Assembly: GCF_009914755.1 (NCBI RefSeq)
Contig: NC_060929.1
Source: the human T2T-CHM13v2.0 reference genome, Homo sapiens
DNA: 64,000 nt
Reading direction: 5' to 3' (one strand)
The translations under genes were made by a program, and so were the position numbers. Below are positions 31,418 through 47,649 of the stretch, piece after piece (position 1 is the stretch's first letter; every line of letters begins with the position of its first letter). The notes beneath the pieces were generated by a model. It was not told the DNA's origin, ran no database searches, and worked only from the letters and a program-made list of their open reading frames with translations.

Positions 31418-33197
31418 TTTTTTTGTGTGTTCTACTTTGTTATGGGTTACATGTGCAGAACATGCAGGTTTGTTACAGAGGTATATATGTGCCATGGTGG
31501 TTTGCTGCCACCATCAACCCGCCACCTACATGAGGTATTTTTCCTAATGTTATCCCTCCCTTAACCCCCTACCCCCCACAGGCCCTGGAGTGTGATGATC
31601 CTCTCCCTGTGTCCATGTGTTCTCATTGTTCAGCTCCCACCAAAGAGTGAGAACATGGGGTGTTTGGTTTTCTATTCTTGTGTTAGTTTGCTGGGAATGA
31701 TGGTTTCCAGCTTCATCCATGTCCCTGCAAAGGACATGAACTCATCCTTTTTTATGCCTGCATAGTATTCCATGGTGTATATGTGCCACATTTTCTTAAT
31801 CCAGTCTATCAGTGATGGACATTTGGGTTGGTTCCAAGTCTTTGCTATTGTGAACAGTGCTGCAATAAACATATGTGTGCATGTGTCCTTATAGTAGAAT
31901 GATTTATAATCCTTTGGGTATATACCCATTAATGGGATTGCTAGGTCAAATGGTATTTCTGGTTCTAGATCCTTGAGGAATCACCACACTGTCTTCCACA
32001 ATGGTTGAACTAATTTACGCTCCCACCAACAGGGTAAAAGCCTTCCTATTTCTCCACATCTTCTCCAGCATCTGTTGTTTCCTGACTTTTTAAGATCGTC
32101 ATTCCAACTGGCATGAGATGGTATCTCATTATTGTTTTGATTTGCATTTCTCTAATGACCAGCCACATCATGAGTGAACTCCCATTCAAAATTTCTACAA
32201 AGAGAATAAAATAGCTAGAAATACAACTTACAAGGGATCTGAAGGACCTCTTCAAGGAGAATTACAAACCACTGCTCAAAGAAATAAGAGAGGACACAAA
32301 CAAATGAAAAAAACATTCCATGCTCATGGTTAGGAAGAATAAATATTGTGAAAATTCATTGCTATCCCCATCAAACTACCATTAACGTTCTTCACAGAAT
32401 CGGAAAAAAACTACTTTACATTTCATATGGAACTAGAAAAGAGCCCACACAGCCAAGACAATCCTAAGCAAAAAGAACAAAGCTGGAGGCATTACACTAC
32501 CTGACTTCAAACTATATTACAGGGCTACAGTAATCAAAACAGCATAGTACTAGTAACAAAACAGATATACAGACCAATGGAACAGAACAGAGACCTCAGA
32601 AATAACACCACACATCTACAACCATCTAATCTTTGACAAAACTGACAAAAACAAGCAATGGGGAAAGGATTCCCTATTTAATAAATGGTGTTGAGAACTG
32701 GCTAGTCATATGCAGAAAGCTTAAACTTGATCCCTTCCTTACACCTTATACAAAAATTAACTCAAGATGGATTCAAGACTTAAACCTAAGACCTAAAACC
32801 ATAAAAACCCTAGAAGAAAACCTAGGCAATACCATTCAGGACATAGGCATGGGCAAAGACTTCATGACTAAAACACCAAAAGCAATGGCAACAAAAGCAA
32901 AATGGACAAATGGGGTCTAATTAAACTAAAGAGCTTCTGCACAGCCAAAAAAAACAAAAACAAACAAAAAACAACAACAAAAAAAAAACAACTATCATCA
33001 AAGTGAACAGGTAATCTACAGAATGGGAGAAAATTTTTGCAATCTATCCATCTGACAAAGGGCTAATATCCAGAATCTATAAAGAACTTAAACAAATTTA
33101 CAAGAAAAAAACAACCCTATCAAAAAGTGGGCAAAAGATATGAACAGACACTTCTCAAAAGAAGACATTTATGCAGACAACAAATATATGAATAAAG
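31418..33197 (-). mobile_element. L1PA7/8-like insertion with 5' inversion
   Basis: Minus-strand 3' part 31418-32162 joined to plus-strand ORF2 segment 32161-33197. Confidence 0.92.
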
Positions 33198-33626
33198 TAG
33201 TTTCTTATACAGCAAGTGATAATCATAAAAGTAAAATTCATGCCTTCATGAAAATTCCCTCCTTACAAACATATGTAGACTTTTGAGAGAAAATGGCACT
33301 TTTGATCTTTGTTGGTAGTTAGAGATTCTGATTATGTTTCCACATGCAAAAGCAAAATCACTATGATTTAACATTTTTATACTATGAGAAAACTTCTAAT
33401 TCCAAACAATAAATAGGAAAAATAAATGTTATGATACATGAATGCTAGTTACTTGGTTAATTTAAGCAGTTTTCCCTATTTGGATATTGTGTTCTATATA
33501 AAGCAAGAATACAATTTAAGTGCATTTTGCATGGCATACCTTTACATTATTTTGTTAATGTTCAATGACATGTAATTAAATATTCCTAATTTCACCTGAG
33601 ATGCTAGAAAAGCCTTATGCATTTTT

Positions 33627-34243
33627 TTGGCAACTTCTTAAGACACATGTGCCCTGAAGACCAAAATGATTTACAAGTTGTTACAGTGTTTAGTTTAAAT
33701 GCATATTCATAATTCACATAGATAAGATGTATTTAAACAGTAGAGTGATAAAATAAATATTTTATACAGTTTTATAAAACATGTAAGGAAAAGTAGTGGG
33801 ATAAAATGATAACATCTCTGCAAAATTTTCATTCTCTATGTTTATGCATAAGAAGTAATTATACCACTCAGATCAAGACAGTACTAGGAAAAATATTTTT
33901 TTAATTAATAAAGCAATAGTACACCTGACATACACCAAGTGCCTCCTACGTAATGTGCATTTTTCTTAAAATATGTCTAATCATTAAATCAAATTTATTA
34001 AATAGATACTATTAATATGAATGAAAAAATCAATTTGCTCTAAGCAAATGTGATAATTTGCTCTAAGCCTCACAAGCAGTAAAGTGGAATGCATAACATT
34101 GGCAACTTCTTAAGACACATGCACCCTCAAGACCAAAATAACTCGCAAGTTGTTACACTGTAGTTTAAATGCTTATTTCTAAATCACATAGATAAGATGT
34201 ATTTAAACAATAGAACTATGAAATACATATTTCATGCAGTTTT
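33627..34243 (+). repeat. ~146-bp interspersed direct duplication (33627-33773 and 34099-34243)
   Basis: About 20 mismatches and one 2-bp gap by hand alignment. Confidence 0.9.
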
Positions 34244-34509
34244 CTCTCTGACAGCAATACTAGATACTTTCCTGTATTTCGCATAATCTCTTTATCTTTA
34301 CTTATGTTGGTCATTAAAAGAATCATCATTCTTGTATCGCTTACCCTGTGTATGGTGTTTGTGTGGTTTTTAAATTCTTTTTCCTCACACAGAAACTTTT
34401 TTTTCTCTCTCTTGGGACAAACTTTTATACGTATTTCCCCAGCAGCTCAAAGAGATGCTTGGGAAAATTAGTCGAGAACCTATAATACACTATGTATTAT
34501 ATTTCAATT

Positions 34510-34572
34510 TCTCTGTCTCTGTCTCTCTCTCTCTATGTCACACACACGCTACGCTCTCTTTCTCTCTCTCTG

Positions 34573-34611
<39 letters not shown>

Positions 34612-34632
34612 TTCTCTCTCTCTCTCCCTCTC
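34510..34632. repeat. Compound (CT)n/(CA)n microsatellite
   Basis: Direct inspection. Confidence 0.95.
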
Positions 34633-34729
34633 TTCAGGGTCTGTATTTTGCTTTTATGAAGGAGAACAGTGACTTCAGTATGGCCTCCATGACCCAAGGT
34701 TCTTCTTCCTTGTTCCTTGTTTTTATCCT

Positions 34730-35025
34730 TGCCCCTCCCTGTGCCTCACACATTTTTTATTCCTTTGTGTTTCTCAAATGATAGTTCATTTACCTGGAGC
34801 ACTCTTCCTCCACAATTGCCCATCACTCATGCCTCATCTCAAAGGCCATTCCTGAAAGTAGTCTTTCCTGACCTCACACACTTTGCTGGGATCTCCCCGT
34901 GAATGCTGATGGTGCTGTTTTCCAGTTTGTATAACAGCCTACCCTGTCTGGTGCATTCTACTGGATAATGAGCTCCCAACTCAGTGCAAAGCAAATAGTA
35001 GAAACTCAAATAGAAATTAAATAAG
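34730..35025 (+). mobile_element. L2 3' fragment
   Basis: cctggagcactcttcctcc...aggccattcctga...atagtagaaactcaaata. Confidence 0.45.
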
Positions 35026-36761
35026 GTTGATTCTAATGAAAATTTCTATCAGCTCTGGGCTTTTCCATTGATGAATTTCCTATATTTCAAAGTTGAAGAA
35101 TTTCTAAAATCTACACAATTGTATAATAATATTTAAATCAATATAGTAATAACTTAGAGATTAAGGAATTAAGTGCCAGGTAAATAGTAATAACTAAAAT
35201 TTTTCAATGTGTAAAGGAATTCACTTCCTTTCTCTTTTCTATTGAACAGAATCATTTTATAATAAAAGCAACATTTCTTTTTCAAGTAAAAATTCAATCA
35301 AATCAATTTTACATTTGTGAACAATGTTTCCTAGGCCTACCCACTGAGAGTTCGAAATTGGTTTGTGTTGATTAACTTCATAGTTCTTAATTTCACTGAC
35401 ACTTGTCCTCACATAGTATTGTGAAATTTTCATTTCCACTAAAACACACTGATGCACACACCAACAGGCACACAGCAATACACAAACACACACATCTAAT
35501 TATTTTGCAGTACCTCTTGAAGATCCCTCGTGTTCACACAAAAGTCTTGTTAGCTATTACATATATCCACTATGTTTTTTATCTGCTGCTCTCAAAACCA
35601 CTTGAGTTACTGGCACAAATACTCACCTTGATAATGCTGAGGTCAGCCTAGGGTGCCAAGTACCAAAATCCCAGACCTCTTGTTATTAATATTTGCTAAA
35701 ATCTCAAGGCATTGGTGCAATTCTCATATTCTACACCCTACTAATATGGGAAGAAAGATTTTGTATTCAAATATGGATCATGATATATTATCTGGACCAG
35801 AACTGTTGTGATTAATTCCTAATGTGTTATGTGTGCTAGGTGAGGTAGGTCCAAAGATTTACTCCACGGGTGCACATCCCATTCCATTGTGTTAGACCAA
35901 GAGATCAGCAGAGAGCTCAGACTGCTCTCAAAATTCCTTTCCCTTCCAACACATACACTCATTTATTAACTTACTTTCTTATTTTTCTTTTTACTGGAAG
36001 TTTACATTTAAATGTCAATGTAACACATGCAATTACAGTAAGTGAAATATTAAAAAGTGTATGAACTTAATTTTAAATCTCAAGTAAAAATTTGGTACAG
36101 TCTCTCACAAATATCTACAAATTATGCATACAGGTGATACTTTTTTCCCCAATGAGTCCCTACTGGTTTTTTGATAAATTATTTTTATGTAACATAAATC
36201 TTTTAATAGGTAATGAAAATGCATCCCGTGACTAGTGACTTAGTCAATCATCTCTCTTCATGGACATTCAAATCATTTATTTTGATTATATCTTAATGCC
36301 ATAGTAAACAACACAGGAACAAAAACTAGAACTGTGTATATAAGTGCATGTGTGTATATTATTGTGTGTGTAAGAAGGCCTGATTACAAAAATGATTTGG
36401 CACACATAAATTCCATTTTTTACTATCTTTTTAAAAATATTAATACTCTCAAAATCAATTGTTTAAAATATCAAACAATCAGGCATCAAAATGTTTATTT
36501 TTCTATTCCTCATTTTCCTAGCCACAAGTTACCAGACCTATGTCTTCAAGAGTAAAATGGAGGTCTGCACTGGGAAAATCTAGGTTTTACTTATGAAACA
36601 TCACAGTGAGAAGGGGAGAAAAATAGAGTTTACAATGGTTTTGTTATCTGCAGTGCATATGAGAAGAAATGGAGACTTACGGGGAAATGAGATGTTGGTT
36701 GTAAATAAACTTTCAAACAATTTTTTTTGATTTATGATTTGGGAACTTTTCATGTACTCTT

Positions 36762-37075
<314 letters not shown>

Positions 37076-37242
37076 TAAACTTTAAAAAATAAATTTAAAT
37101 TTATTTTTATGTGATAACTACCCCCAAGTATGGATTTTTGTTGATGCTAAGATATATGAATAACATATCCTTATATGATAATGTTTTTTGTCTTTCTACA
37201 TAACTGAGTAGCTGAAGTTCACTTTGATTTCATGCTTTATAG

Positions 37243-37280
<38 letters not shown>
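37243..37280. repeat. (CT)n(AT)n microsatellite
   Basis: Direct inspection. Confidence 0.9.
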
Positions 37281-38186
37281 ATTTACTAATACAATTCACT
37301 TCAGAAACCCGTGTTAAGTTGTAAGATCAGCCCTCACAAAAGAGATATATACATAATAATATGATATACATACATACAAAATAATACTATATAAATTATA
37401 GTGCAATATGCAGTGAAGATAATAATTCAAAGATTAGAAAAAACAGTTACTTTTGTTGGATTATAATTTTAATAGGCTTTTTCTAATAGAGCATATTTTA
37501 CAACTAAAAAGCAATCAAATACAGTTTATTAACATTGTTATAATTTTTTATACTTTCAAGGATTGAAAATCAAGTTTATATCTGTTGAAAATATGTTGTT
37601 TTTCTTTAGTCTAATTTTTAAAGCACATTTTACTATGCCAGACTCTTTCTCTCAATATCAACAGATACCCAATACTTTAGTTTTTAATTACAATTGATAT
37701 ATCTAATACATTTGAAATCAATATTGTTTATTCAAATTATTGTCCAAATAATAAATTTGTGTTATATATTATTTCTAAACTCTAATTCTGGATAGTGATT
37801 GCTTGACCCACTAGCAAAAAGCAAACAAGAAAGAAGAAATCAATGATTTCCTATCTTAAATAAATCTTATGTCCCACCAGCATGTTGTCTAAGTGATTTA
37901 TAGTATTTTAAGCTATACTTCTGGATGTTGCCTGAAAGGTCAACTAAGCTAAATCCTTCATACGCGTGAAGATGCTGTAGCCCAGAAATAAAAGGCAAGT
38001 GGTGTCAGAAAAAAAGATACTACTTTTTAGGTTTTTTATTAACTGATTTATCTTACTATAAACAGCTAGCAAGTACAGAGCAAAAGTCATGCCTCTGTCT
38101 GATAACTCCACGTTTATTGTTATGTTCACTGAGTCACAGGAGAAACATGTTACATTGAGTCATAGTGTGGCTAATTTAAAGACAGT

Positions 38187-38254
38187 TCTCTCTCTCACAC
38201 ACACACACAGAGACACACATATACGTGCGCGCACACACACACACACACACACAC
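38187..38254. repeat. Interrupted (CA)n microsatellite
   Basis: Direct inspection. Confidence 0.9.
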
Positions 38255-39017
38255 AGACAAAACAGAGAGATAAGAGTAAGACCATAAAGGAAATCTTAAC
38301 ACTATGAGACCTATGGAAAAAAAAAATAGATGCCATTGCCTAGATGATTATTACTTGATATTCCTTGCCTAGAAAAATAATGGAAAAAGTAAAACAGAAC
38401 AAAACAAAAACATGTAAATATTAGCTTTGCATAATAACAATAGCTCAAATTCATAAATAAAACAGTACTATGAGAATAAATAGCTTCAGTATCACTATCA
38501 GAATAACTTTAATTACATTCTAATTTTGATAACTTATAACTAGGTTTGCCATTTCTGCCAATAGAATAACTATTCTTCTATTTTTGCTTTGTTTTCAGTG
38601 TTCTCATTAGTCTCCAATGGAACTAAAATCTACCAAAACTGAACAAGAATTAACTCTAATGTTAGGGTCTATGAGCAATCTAAACACCACAGGACACATT
38701 AAAAGATTCCATGCTTACAAAGAAACTGCAAGAAAATGGAACAAGAGCTCTCGTGCTCTTGAGCCACCCACCTCCTTGGTGTTTCCATTCAGTCATCAAG
38801 ATTCTGGACTGAGCTCAGTGACTCAAGTTGCCTAGATAAGAGTGTGGTATTGCATGTGGTAGTCACCTGAATATTGGTTAAATGAATCAATGAATACAGA
38901 TCTTATTCTCTGGAGGCTGGCGCAGTCATTTAAACACATCAGTGACAATCCCGGTAACCTCATCCTCTTTGACGAACGTTGTACCAAATGCGGACACCTG
39001 CATTTTAATCAGATTCA

Positions 39018-39425
39018 GTGTATCATATAGGACCTCAATTTTTGATATTTGGCTGCTGATGGCTTTTAAGCGTCAACTCTCCCACTACCCTTTTATCCCT
39101 CATTCTGGGCAAGCTGGTAAGAAAGTCTGAGTGCTTCTTTGACACAAGTTATAATTTCAAACCACACATGCTGCTGTCATGGCATAGGAAGCTGCTACCC
39201 AGTTCCATCCCCTTAACATCATAAAAACCTATGCCAGTCTTCTATCCGTGCATTCTCGTGCCATTTTCAGACTGGCTTAGGTTTATTTTGCTGTAATGAG
39301 ACTCAGAAGTCTCACTAGTGAGTTACGGAACTTCTCGTATCCTCTCGGTTTGCATGTGGTGTCATCTATCTCAAGATCTGAACTAAATTTGGGGGCAGTC
39401 TAGTCTCCATACTAGGGCCATAACA
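39018..39425 (+). mobile_element. ERVL LTR, MER54/MER74 group
   Basis: tttggctgctgatggc...ctgggcaagctggtaagaaag...ataaaaacc...gaactaaatttggggg...cataaca. Confidence 0.6.
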
Positions 39426-39676
39426 CGATATAAACCAGAAGCTACATCCGTGGCCACTGCTTCTTGGTATCGATATTGGATTTGTCTCAGTGCCTGCCTT
39501 TCCTTAGGAATGCTTGTTCAATTTTGCCTTAAACTCTCATCAAACCCAGGTATCCTTTCAAGACATTCCTATGACTCCTGAAGTTAGTCATAGTATATAT
39601 ATATTTTACATGTATTCGAGGTCCTTAACTTTTTTATGTAGAATTTATTCTTTGCTATTTCCACATTTTCCTTATT

Positions 39677-40006
<330 letters not shown>

Positions 40007-40068
40007 TAATCAGAAAGAAATTAAACACTTATGCTAATATACACACTTTAACTTTATTACTGCATAAT

Positions 40069-40622
40069 TGTGATGGTTATTTTTATGTGTCAATTTGACT
40101 GGGCCATAGGGTGTCATGATATTTGGACAAACATTACTCCAGATGTGTCTTAGAGTGTTTCTACACGCAATCAACCTTTGAATCTGTAGACTGAGTAAAT
40201 TAGATCATCCTCTAAAGGGGGTGGGCCTCATCCAATCAGCAGAAGATCTGAATAGAACAAAATGACTGTCCCCACCGTGAGTAAAAGGGAACTTCTTCTT
40301 GACTACTTTGAAATGAAACATCCATTTTTTTCCTGCTTTCTGATTCAAACTAAAATATTGGCTATTCCTGGGTGTCAATTATGCTGACATTCAAACTGGA
40401 ACTAGGCATTAGTTTTCCTGAATCTAAGGCTTTTCGACTCAGACTGGAACTACACCATTGGTTTCCGGGGTCTCTAGCTTGTCAACTGCAGACCTCAGAA
40501 CTTGATTGGTTTGTGTGAGCAAATTCCTTACAACAAATCTGTCTCTCTCTTGCACACACATACACATGCACACACACACACACATTCTATTGTTCTGTTA
40601 CTCTGGAGAATCCTAATTAAAT
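40069..40622 (+). mobile_element. MLT2C/D solo LTR
   Basis: tgtgatggttatt...gtgtcaatttgactgggcca...ggtgggcctcatccaatcag...ctctggagaatcctaattaa. Confidence 0.88.
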
Positions 40623-41497
40623 AATTTTTTCTTTCATATTTACTGTTGTTAGCAAATATTTTTTCTACAGACCTAAGCACATTTTAATAAGCAATTTAAA
40701 GGCAAATTATCAATATTTAAAGTAAGAATTTTAATTCCACAGATTAGAATAATATCTTCAACAGGAGTTTGGGCTCTTTAATTACTTTCTCAAGATGGGT
40801 ACAGCCCTTTCCTCACATGAATGACAATTCCTAAAGACCAACTGTTTGTCTAAAATGAATTCCTTCATATTTGTTGAAAATTTTGGTAATATTATCTGAT
40901 TTTCTTTATAGTAATTACAGTAGACTGATCATAACTGTGGACTTACTTTGGACACATAAACCCCCAAAATAAAGCCTGGAAGCTACCTTTTTATAAAGAA
41001 CCTAGATGACTGCTTTTAGGTTTTGATCTTATAATACTAGACCACTGTATTCATGAGTTGTTGTGTTTTCACATTTACTATATGTCGTATTTACTAAGTT
41101 ACTTTGAAAATGAAAGCATTAAGTAAGTACAGATGAGCTGCTGACTCGAAGCTGCACAGAGGCCAAAATTAAGGGAGCTGAAACATAAGCAATCTCACTG
41201 CATAAGTTCTATATTGGAGGATTCTATATCTGATTTTTTGAAAATTTTTTTATGATGCTTGCATTTGACTGAGACTTTAGGTAAGTGTGTATTATAATTT
41301 CGAGGATCCAGTCTAGCCAACATCTATAGGATAAGTAGTGCAATAGTAGCATGGAGCTGCTTCAAAGGTGTCTTCCAAGTTTATTGTAGGTATGTTTTCA
41401 AGTGATTTACTGTTCCAAGGATTGCATATATAATAACTACTGTACATTGCCTTACTGGTTTATTATTTTACTTATTTTATTTAATTACAGAGAAGGC

Positions 41498-41869
41498 TGT
41501 ATTAGTCCATTCTCATATTGCTCTAAAGAAATGGTTAGGACTGGGTAATTATTAAGAAAAGAGTTTTAATTGACTCATGGTTCTCCAGGTTATACAAGAA
41601 GCATGCTGGGGAGGCCTCAGGGAGCGTTTACTCATGATGCCAGGCAAAGCCACAACAGACATCTTCACATGACTGGAGCAGGAGGAAGGGGAGGGAGGAG
41701 GTGCTACCCACTTTTAAGCAACCAAATCTCATGAAAGCTCACTAACATGAGAACAGCCACACTGGGGAAATCTGCCCCCATGATCCAATCACCTCCTACC
41801 AGGCCCCAATCTCCAACATTGGGGATTACAATTCGACATGAGAGTTGGGTGCAGATCCAAACCCTATCA
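41498..41869 (-). mobile_element. MSTA-like solo LTR
   Basis: tgtattagtccattctca...cccatgatccaatcacctcc...ccaaaccctatca; TSD aaggc/aatgc. Confidence 0.9.
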
Positions 41870-41887
41870 AATGCCATGTGATGCTCT

Positions 41888-42210
41888 TGCTATAGTGTGG
41901 ACATTTATGCTCCCCCAAATTTCATAAATTAAGTTGCTAACCCCCAATGTGATGGTATCAGTAGGTGGGGATCTTTGGAGGTGATTAAGTTCTACTTTTA
42001 TGAATGGGATTGGTGTCCTTATAAAAGAGGCCAGAGGGAGCTTGTTACTTCTTCAGATCTCTGACAACACAGTGAGAAGGTGTTATCTGTTAGAAAGTGG
42101 ACCCTACCTTGATCTTCAACTTCACAGCCTCCAGAAATGTAAAAAAAAATAAATAAATTTCTGCTGCTTGTAAACCACCAGTTTATAGTATGAAAAATGG
42201 ATTTAGATAC
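41888..42210 (+). mobile_element. MLT1A/B-like LTR
   Basis: aacccccaatgtgatggtat...ccttataaaagaggcc...cagcctccagaa...aataaatttctg. Confidence 0.85.
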
Positions 42211-43651
42211 TTTTATAGAAATTCAGACCGAATAATAAGCTAGGTTGGAAAGTAGTGGTGTAGTTATAGTTATTCTAGTGGAAATATTCATATTTTAACT
42301 AGCATTTTCCTCTTGCCCTACTCCTACTTCTGTTCTGCCATGTCTTATGCTATCACTATGTTACCACAGCAGTGCAGATGTTAAAAATTGACGTGGGTGT
42401 TAGAAATTGCTTCCTGTTTAACACAGTGCATGTAAAGACAGTACCCCAGAAAATGTATTTTCAAGGTTCGCATCCCATTTATGTTATCTTATCAATAAAC
42501 CTCAGTCTTTTACATTTTTTTTAGGAGTAGACCATTTTCTCCACAGCAATGTAGTGTTTAAAGTCTTTATTTGGAATTTTCAAAGTAATTACTGTGTTAT
42601 ACTTATTATCAGTATTCATAAATTCATGAATTAAAAATCATTTATCATGCTAACTCACTTGTAACGTAAGCTAACTTTTAGTTGTGAATCCTTAATAAGA
42701 GAGTAGACAAATGCATTCAGTATGCATCAGAAATAAGCACATTTTAACAATATACAAAGAGTAGATGCGCATGATTTATCTCTTGGTAAAGAGACAGATT
42801 AATAGGATTAATGCAGTCATAAGATGAAATAAAAGTCTATGCCCTTTGCTCAAAGCTTCATATTATTTTATGTGTATTTCGTGTATTTACCTTATCTTCC
42901 AAAATTTTCTAAACACAGTACCCTTCAATATATAGCATTGTATACTAACAATATACAGCATAAATAATACCAAATCTTAATATATAGTCTCCACAATCAA
43001 ATGTAGCTCATAAATTCCTAGATAATAATGTCATTGGAAGTGACCTTCCTCATTTGTCAGGAAGTTTCAGAGCTAGTCCATGGTTTCCCTTGCTTCTGCA
43101 ATATTGAAAGCGTATGCCAATATGGGAATCTTCGTCAGTATCAGAAATTTGGAGCAGAGTGCTATGCTAACCCACAGTAAGTAGGCATGTGACCACTGAG
43201 AGGGTCAGGTTGTTTGTTACAGCAACAAAGCCTAAACTATTCTGGGTTATGCAGCTTTCTATGTATTTTTTCAATTAATTCTAACAATATGATTGTGCAG
43301 TGGAATCACTAAATAAACAATGAAGAAAAACACTTTCCTGTTTCAAAAAAGGCTAAATATAGGGTAAAGAAAACACATTTATAGAATTGATTTATTCTGT
43401 AATAAATCAATTTGAATAAAACTAAATTTGAATACTTTACAGAAGCAAGGTTAAATTATCTTGAATTAAAAGGATCCACATTCATCTTCTAAATGTTGTA
43501 ATGAATAAAAACAGAAAAATAAAAAATAGAAAATAATATATGAATATGGACTCTTTTATAAAGTGTGAAAATGAGTAAAATCAAACATTATACCTTATGA
43601 AGCACATGTACAGGTTATGTAAAAGTTGTAAAATATATATATTTATATGTG

Positions 43652-45186
<1,535 letters not shown>

Positions 45187-45655
45187 CATATAGCAGAAAA
45201 ATCAAGAAAAATAATAAAAATTTGAGATATTGTTACCTCCATCCAGTACAATTAGCAGTAATAACTCTGGCTGCTTCTGTGCTACTTGAGTTCTATTTTT
45301 TATAATGGTTTATCTGCCACATTTTAAATTAATTTTATGTATATTTCACATATACATTAATTGCTTAAGCTACTTGTAGGTAAAGATAGATATGACATAT
45401 GCTATTTAAATCACCTTATATTGCAGATTGTGAGTTAAAACACTCTGTAGTTACATGTGTATGTATAAATACAAATATAATATATCCCATAATATATAAT
45501 TTTAAACTACAGACCAATTCATAATTTGCAATTAAATGTGGAAGCAATTAAATCACTAAATTTTTTCCTAAAAATAATTTTCTAAATTACAAACTATCAA
45601 AATTCCCTTTAAAATATAAAATTAAAGTTTTTTTGTTATGAAAAAAGTAATTTCT

Positions 45656-46036
45656 TTTTTTAAGAGTTTTTCTTTTTTTTTTTTTATTTTACTTTAAGTT
45701 CTGGGATACTGGTGCAGAACATGAAGGTTTTTCCATAGGTATACATAGATATGTATAGATAGGGGGTTTGCTGCCTCTATCTACCTGTCATCTAGGTTTT
45801 AAGTCCCGCATGCATTAAGTATTTGTCCTAACTAATGCTCTCCCTCCTTTATTCCCCCCACCCCCAAAGGCCCCCCTGTGTGATGTTCCCCTCCCTGTGA
45901 CCACGTGTTCTCATTGTTCAACTCACATTTATGAGTGAAAACATGCGGTGTTTGGTTTTCTGTTCCTGTGTTAGTTTGCTGAGAATGGTGCCTTCCAGCT
46001 TCATCCATGTCCCTGCAAAGGACATGAACTCATTCT
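45656..46036 (-). mobile_element. Short 5'-truncated L1 (L1PA8-like)
   Basis: 3'UTR plus tail; TSD tgaaaaaa(a)gtaatttct at 45639-45655 and 46037-46054. Confidence 0.92.
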
Positions 46037-46763
46037 TGAAAAAAAGTAATTTCTAAAAAACACAAATGTTGGAATTATCTACCTTCTGCAATATTTTTAA
46101 AGAGATTAAGTCCTTAAGGAACAGATATAAAATGAATTCTGAATTGTTTTTAGGAGAATTATTTGAATGTCATCTTTCTTGAAACCATCAAATATCCATT
46201 TCTTAGAAAAATAAAGACACTGAAAAGTTTACAGTATTTATATGTGTATTAAATTTATCTTTTAACCAAAATATTACATATTTTATAGCAATGAAGGCTG
46301 CAGTTGTTTTATTTTTTATGATAAGATTTGTAATGAAAGATGTCTTCTGTAATTATTACAAATATAGAAAAACGAATTATTTATCATAGGATAATTAATA
46401 TAGTCCTCAAACAGTGATATGTAATGTAATTTTTTATTGAGTACAATATTTTAAAGTAATTGTTAGGCTGTAGTTACTACTGATATAATTCTTTCAATAC
46501 CACTAAACCAACTCTCAGCATCCTAAAACACTCAGAAATATATTCTTCAAACAATTTACACTACCATGGGTAATAAACCTCAAACAACATGAAACAAAAA
46601 CAGGGTATGCACTGGAGACTCAACCTAAGTGTGGGTCTCCAAATATATTAAAAATGTAGATATATTAACAGCGCTTGTATTTTTCCTTATTTGCTAACCA
46701 GTGAATTAAGAAATGTGTTCTCAGTGGATGTAGCTCTAAGCCTCTGACCCTCATTTCAAACAG

Positions 46764-46880
46764 AGCATGTCAATTTTTTTTTTTTTGATAGTTCTATATT
46801 GGTCTCTCAAGTAAGATTCTAAGCCTGTCAATTTTTTTTTTATTGGATAGTTCTATATTGGTCTCTCAAGTAAGATTCTA
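46764..46880. repeat. Tandem duplication, 58/59-bp unit
   Basis: gatagttctatattggtctctcaagtaagattcta occurs twice. Confidence 0.95.
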
Positions 46881-47649
46881 TTTGAACAAAAATGTTCATG
46901 GCTATAAATATACATACAAAACCAGTTTGAAGGTTAATTTTCTGGTCTGCAAGATTGTCTAGTTATAGTAACCACATCATTCATATGTATATAATATATA
47001 TCATATCACATAGTTTGTACGTATATAATTTATGTTTCAGGATATTCTAAAATATATAATCAAGTGAATTAAAAAAGACCAAAATTTTATTTAAATAGTT
47101 GTGTTTACACAAGCATTAATAGAATTTAGCTTATGCATATGTCATACATTAAATATTAAGATGGAATATTTCCACTCAGAAAATATTCAAAATTACTTTG
47201 AAGGTATCTAATAAATGTTGAATAGCAATTACCACCTTGAAATGTAAGCTATTTTTTTTCCACATTAAGGATATTTGAATCATATTTGTTAGATAAATAA
47301 AAGTTTGTTTAACTAAGTTGCTTTTCCTTCCATGGAAAATTAGAAATAAAGTTTCATTGCATGTACTCTACTAAGAAGTTAGTACAACCATCTTTCCTAA
47401 AATAAGAAATGTAGAATAAGGGGCAGACTCTTAAATAGGTAAAAGTTTGATTTTGAATAAAAATAAATGCAAGAAAATATGTAGAATCTTCTCATTTTAA
47501 TATGATAAAGTATTCTAATTTATACTTTATTCATTTATTTTCTCAATATTACCTTTAATTACCCTTCAATTAATGTAACTACTAAAATACTTCCTATGTG
47601 TCAATTACATTTCTAAAATTTTATTACATACCAATAATTTGTTAATGCA

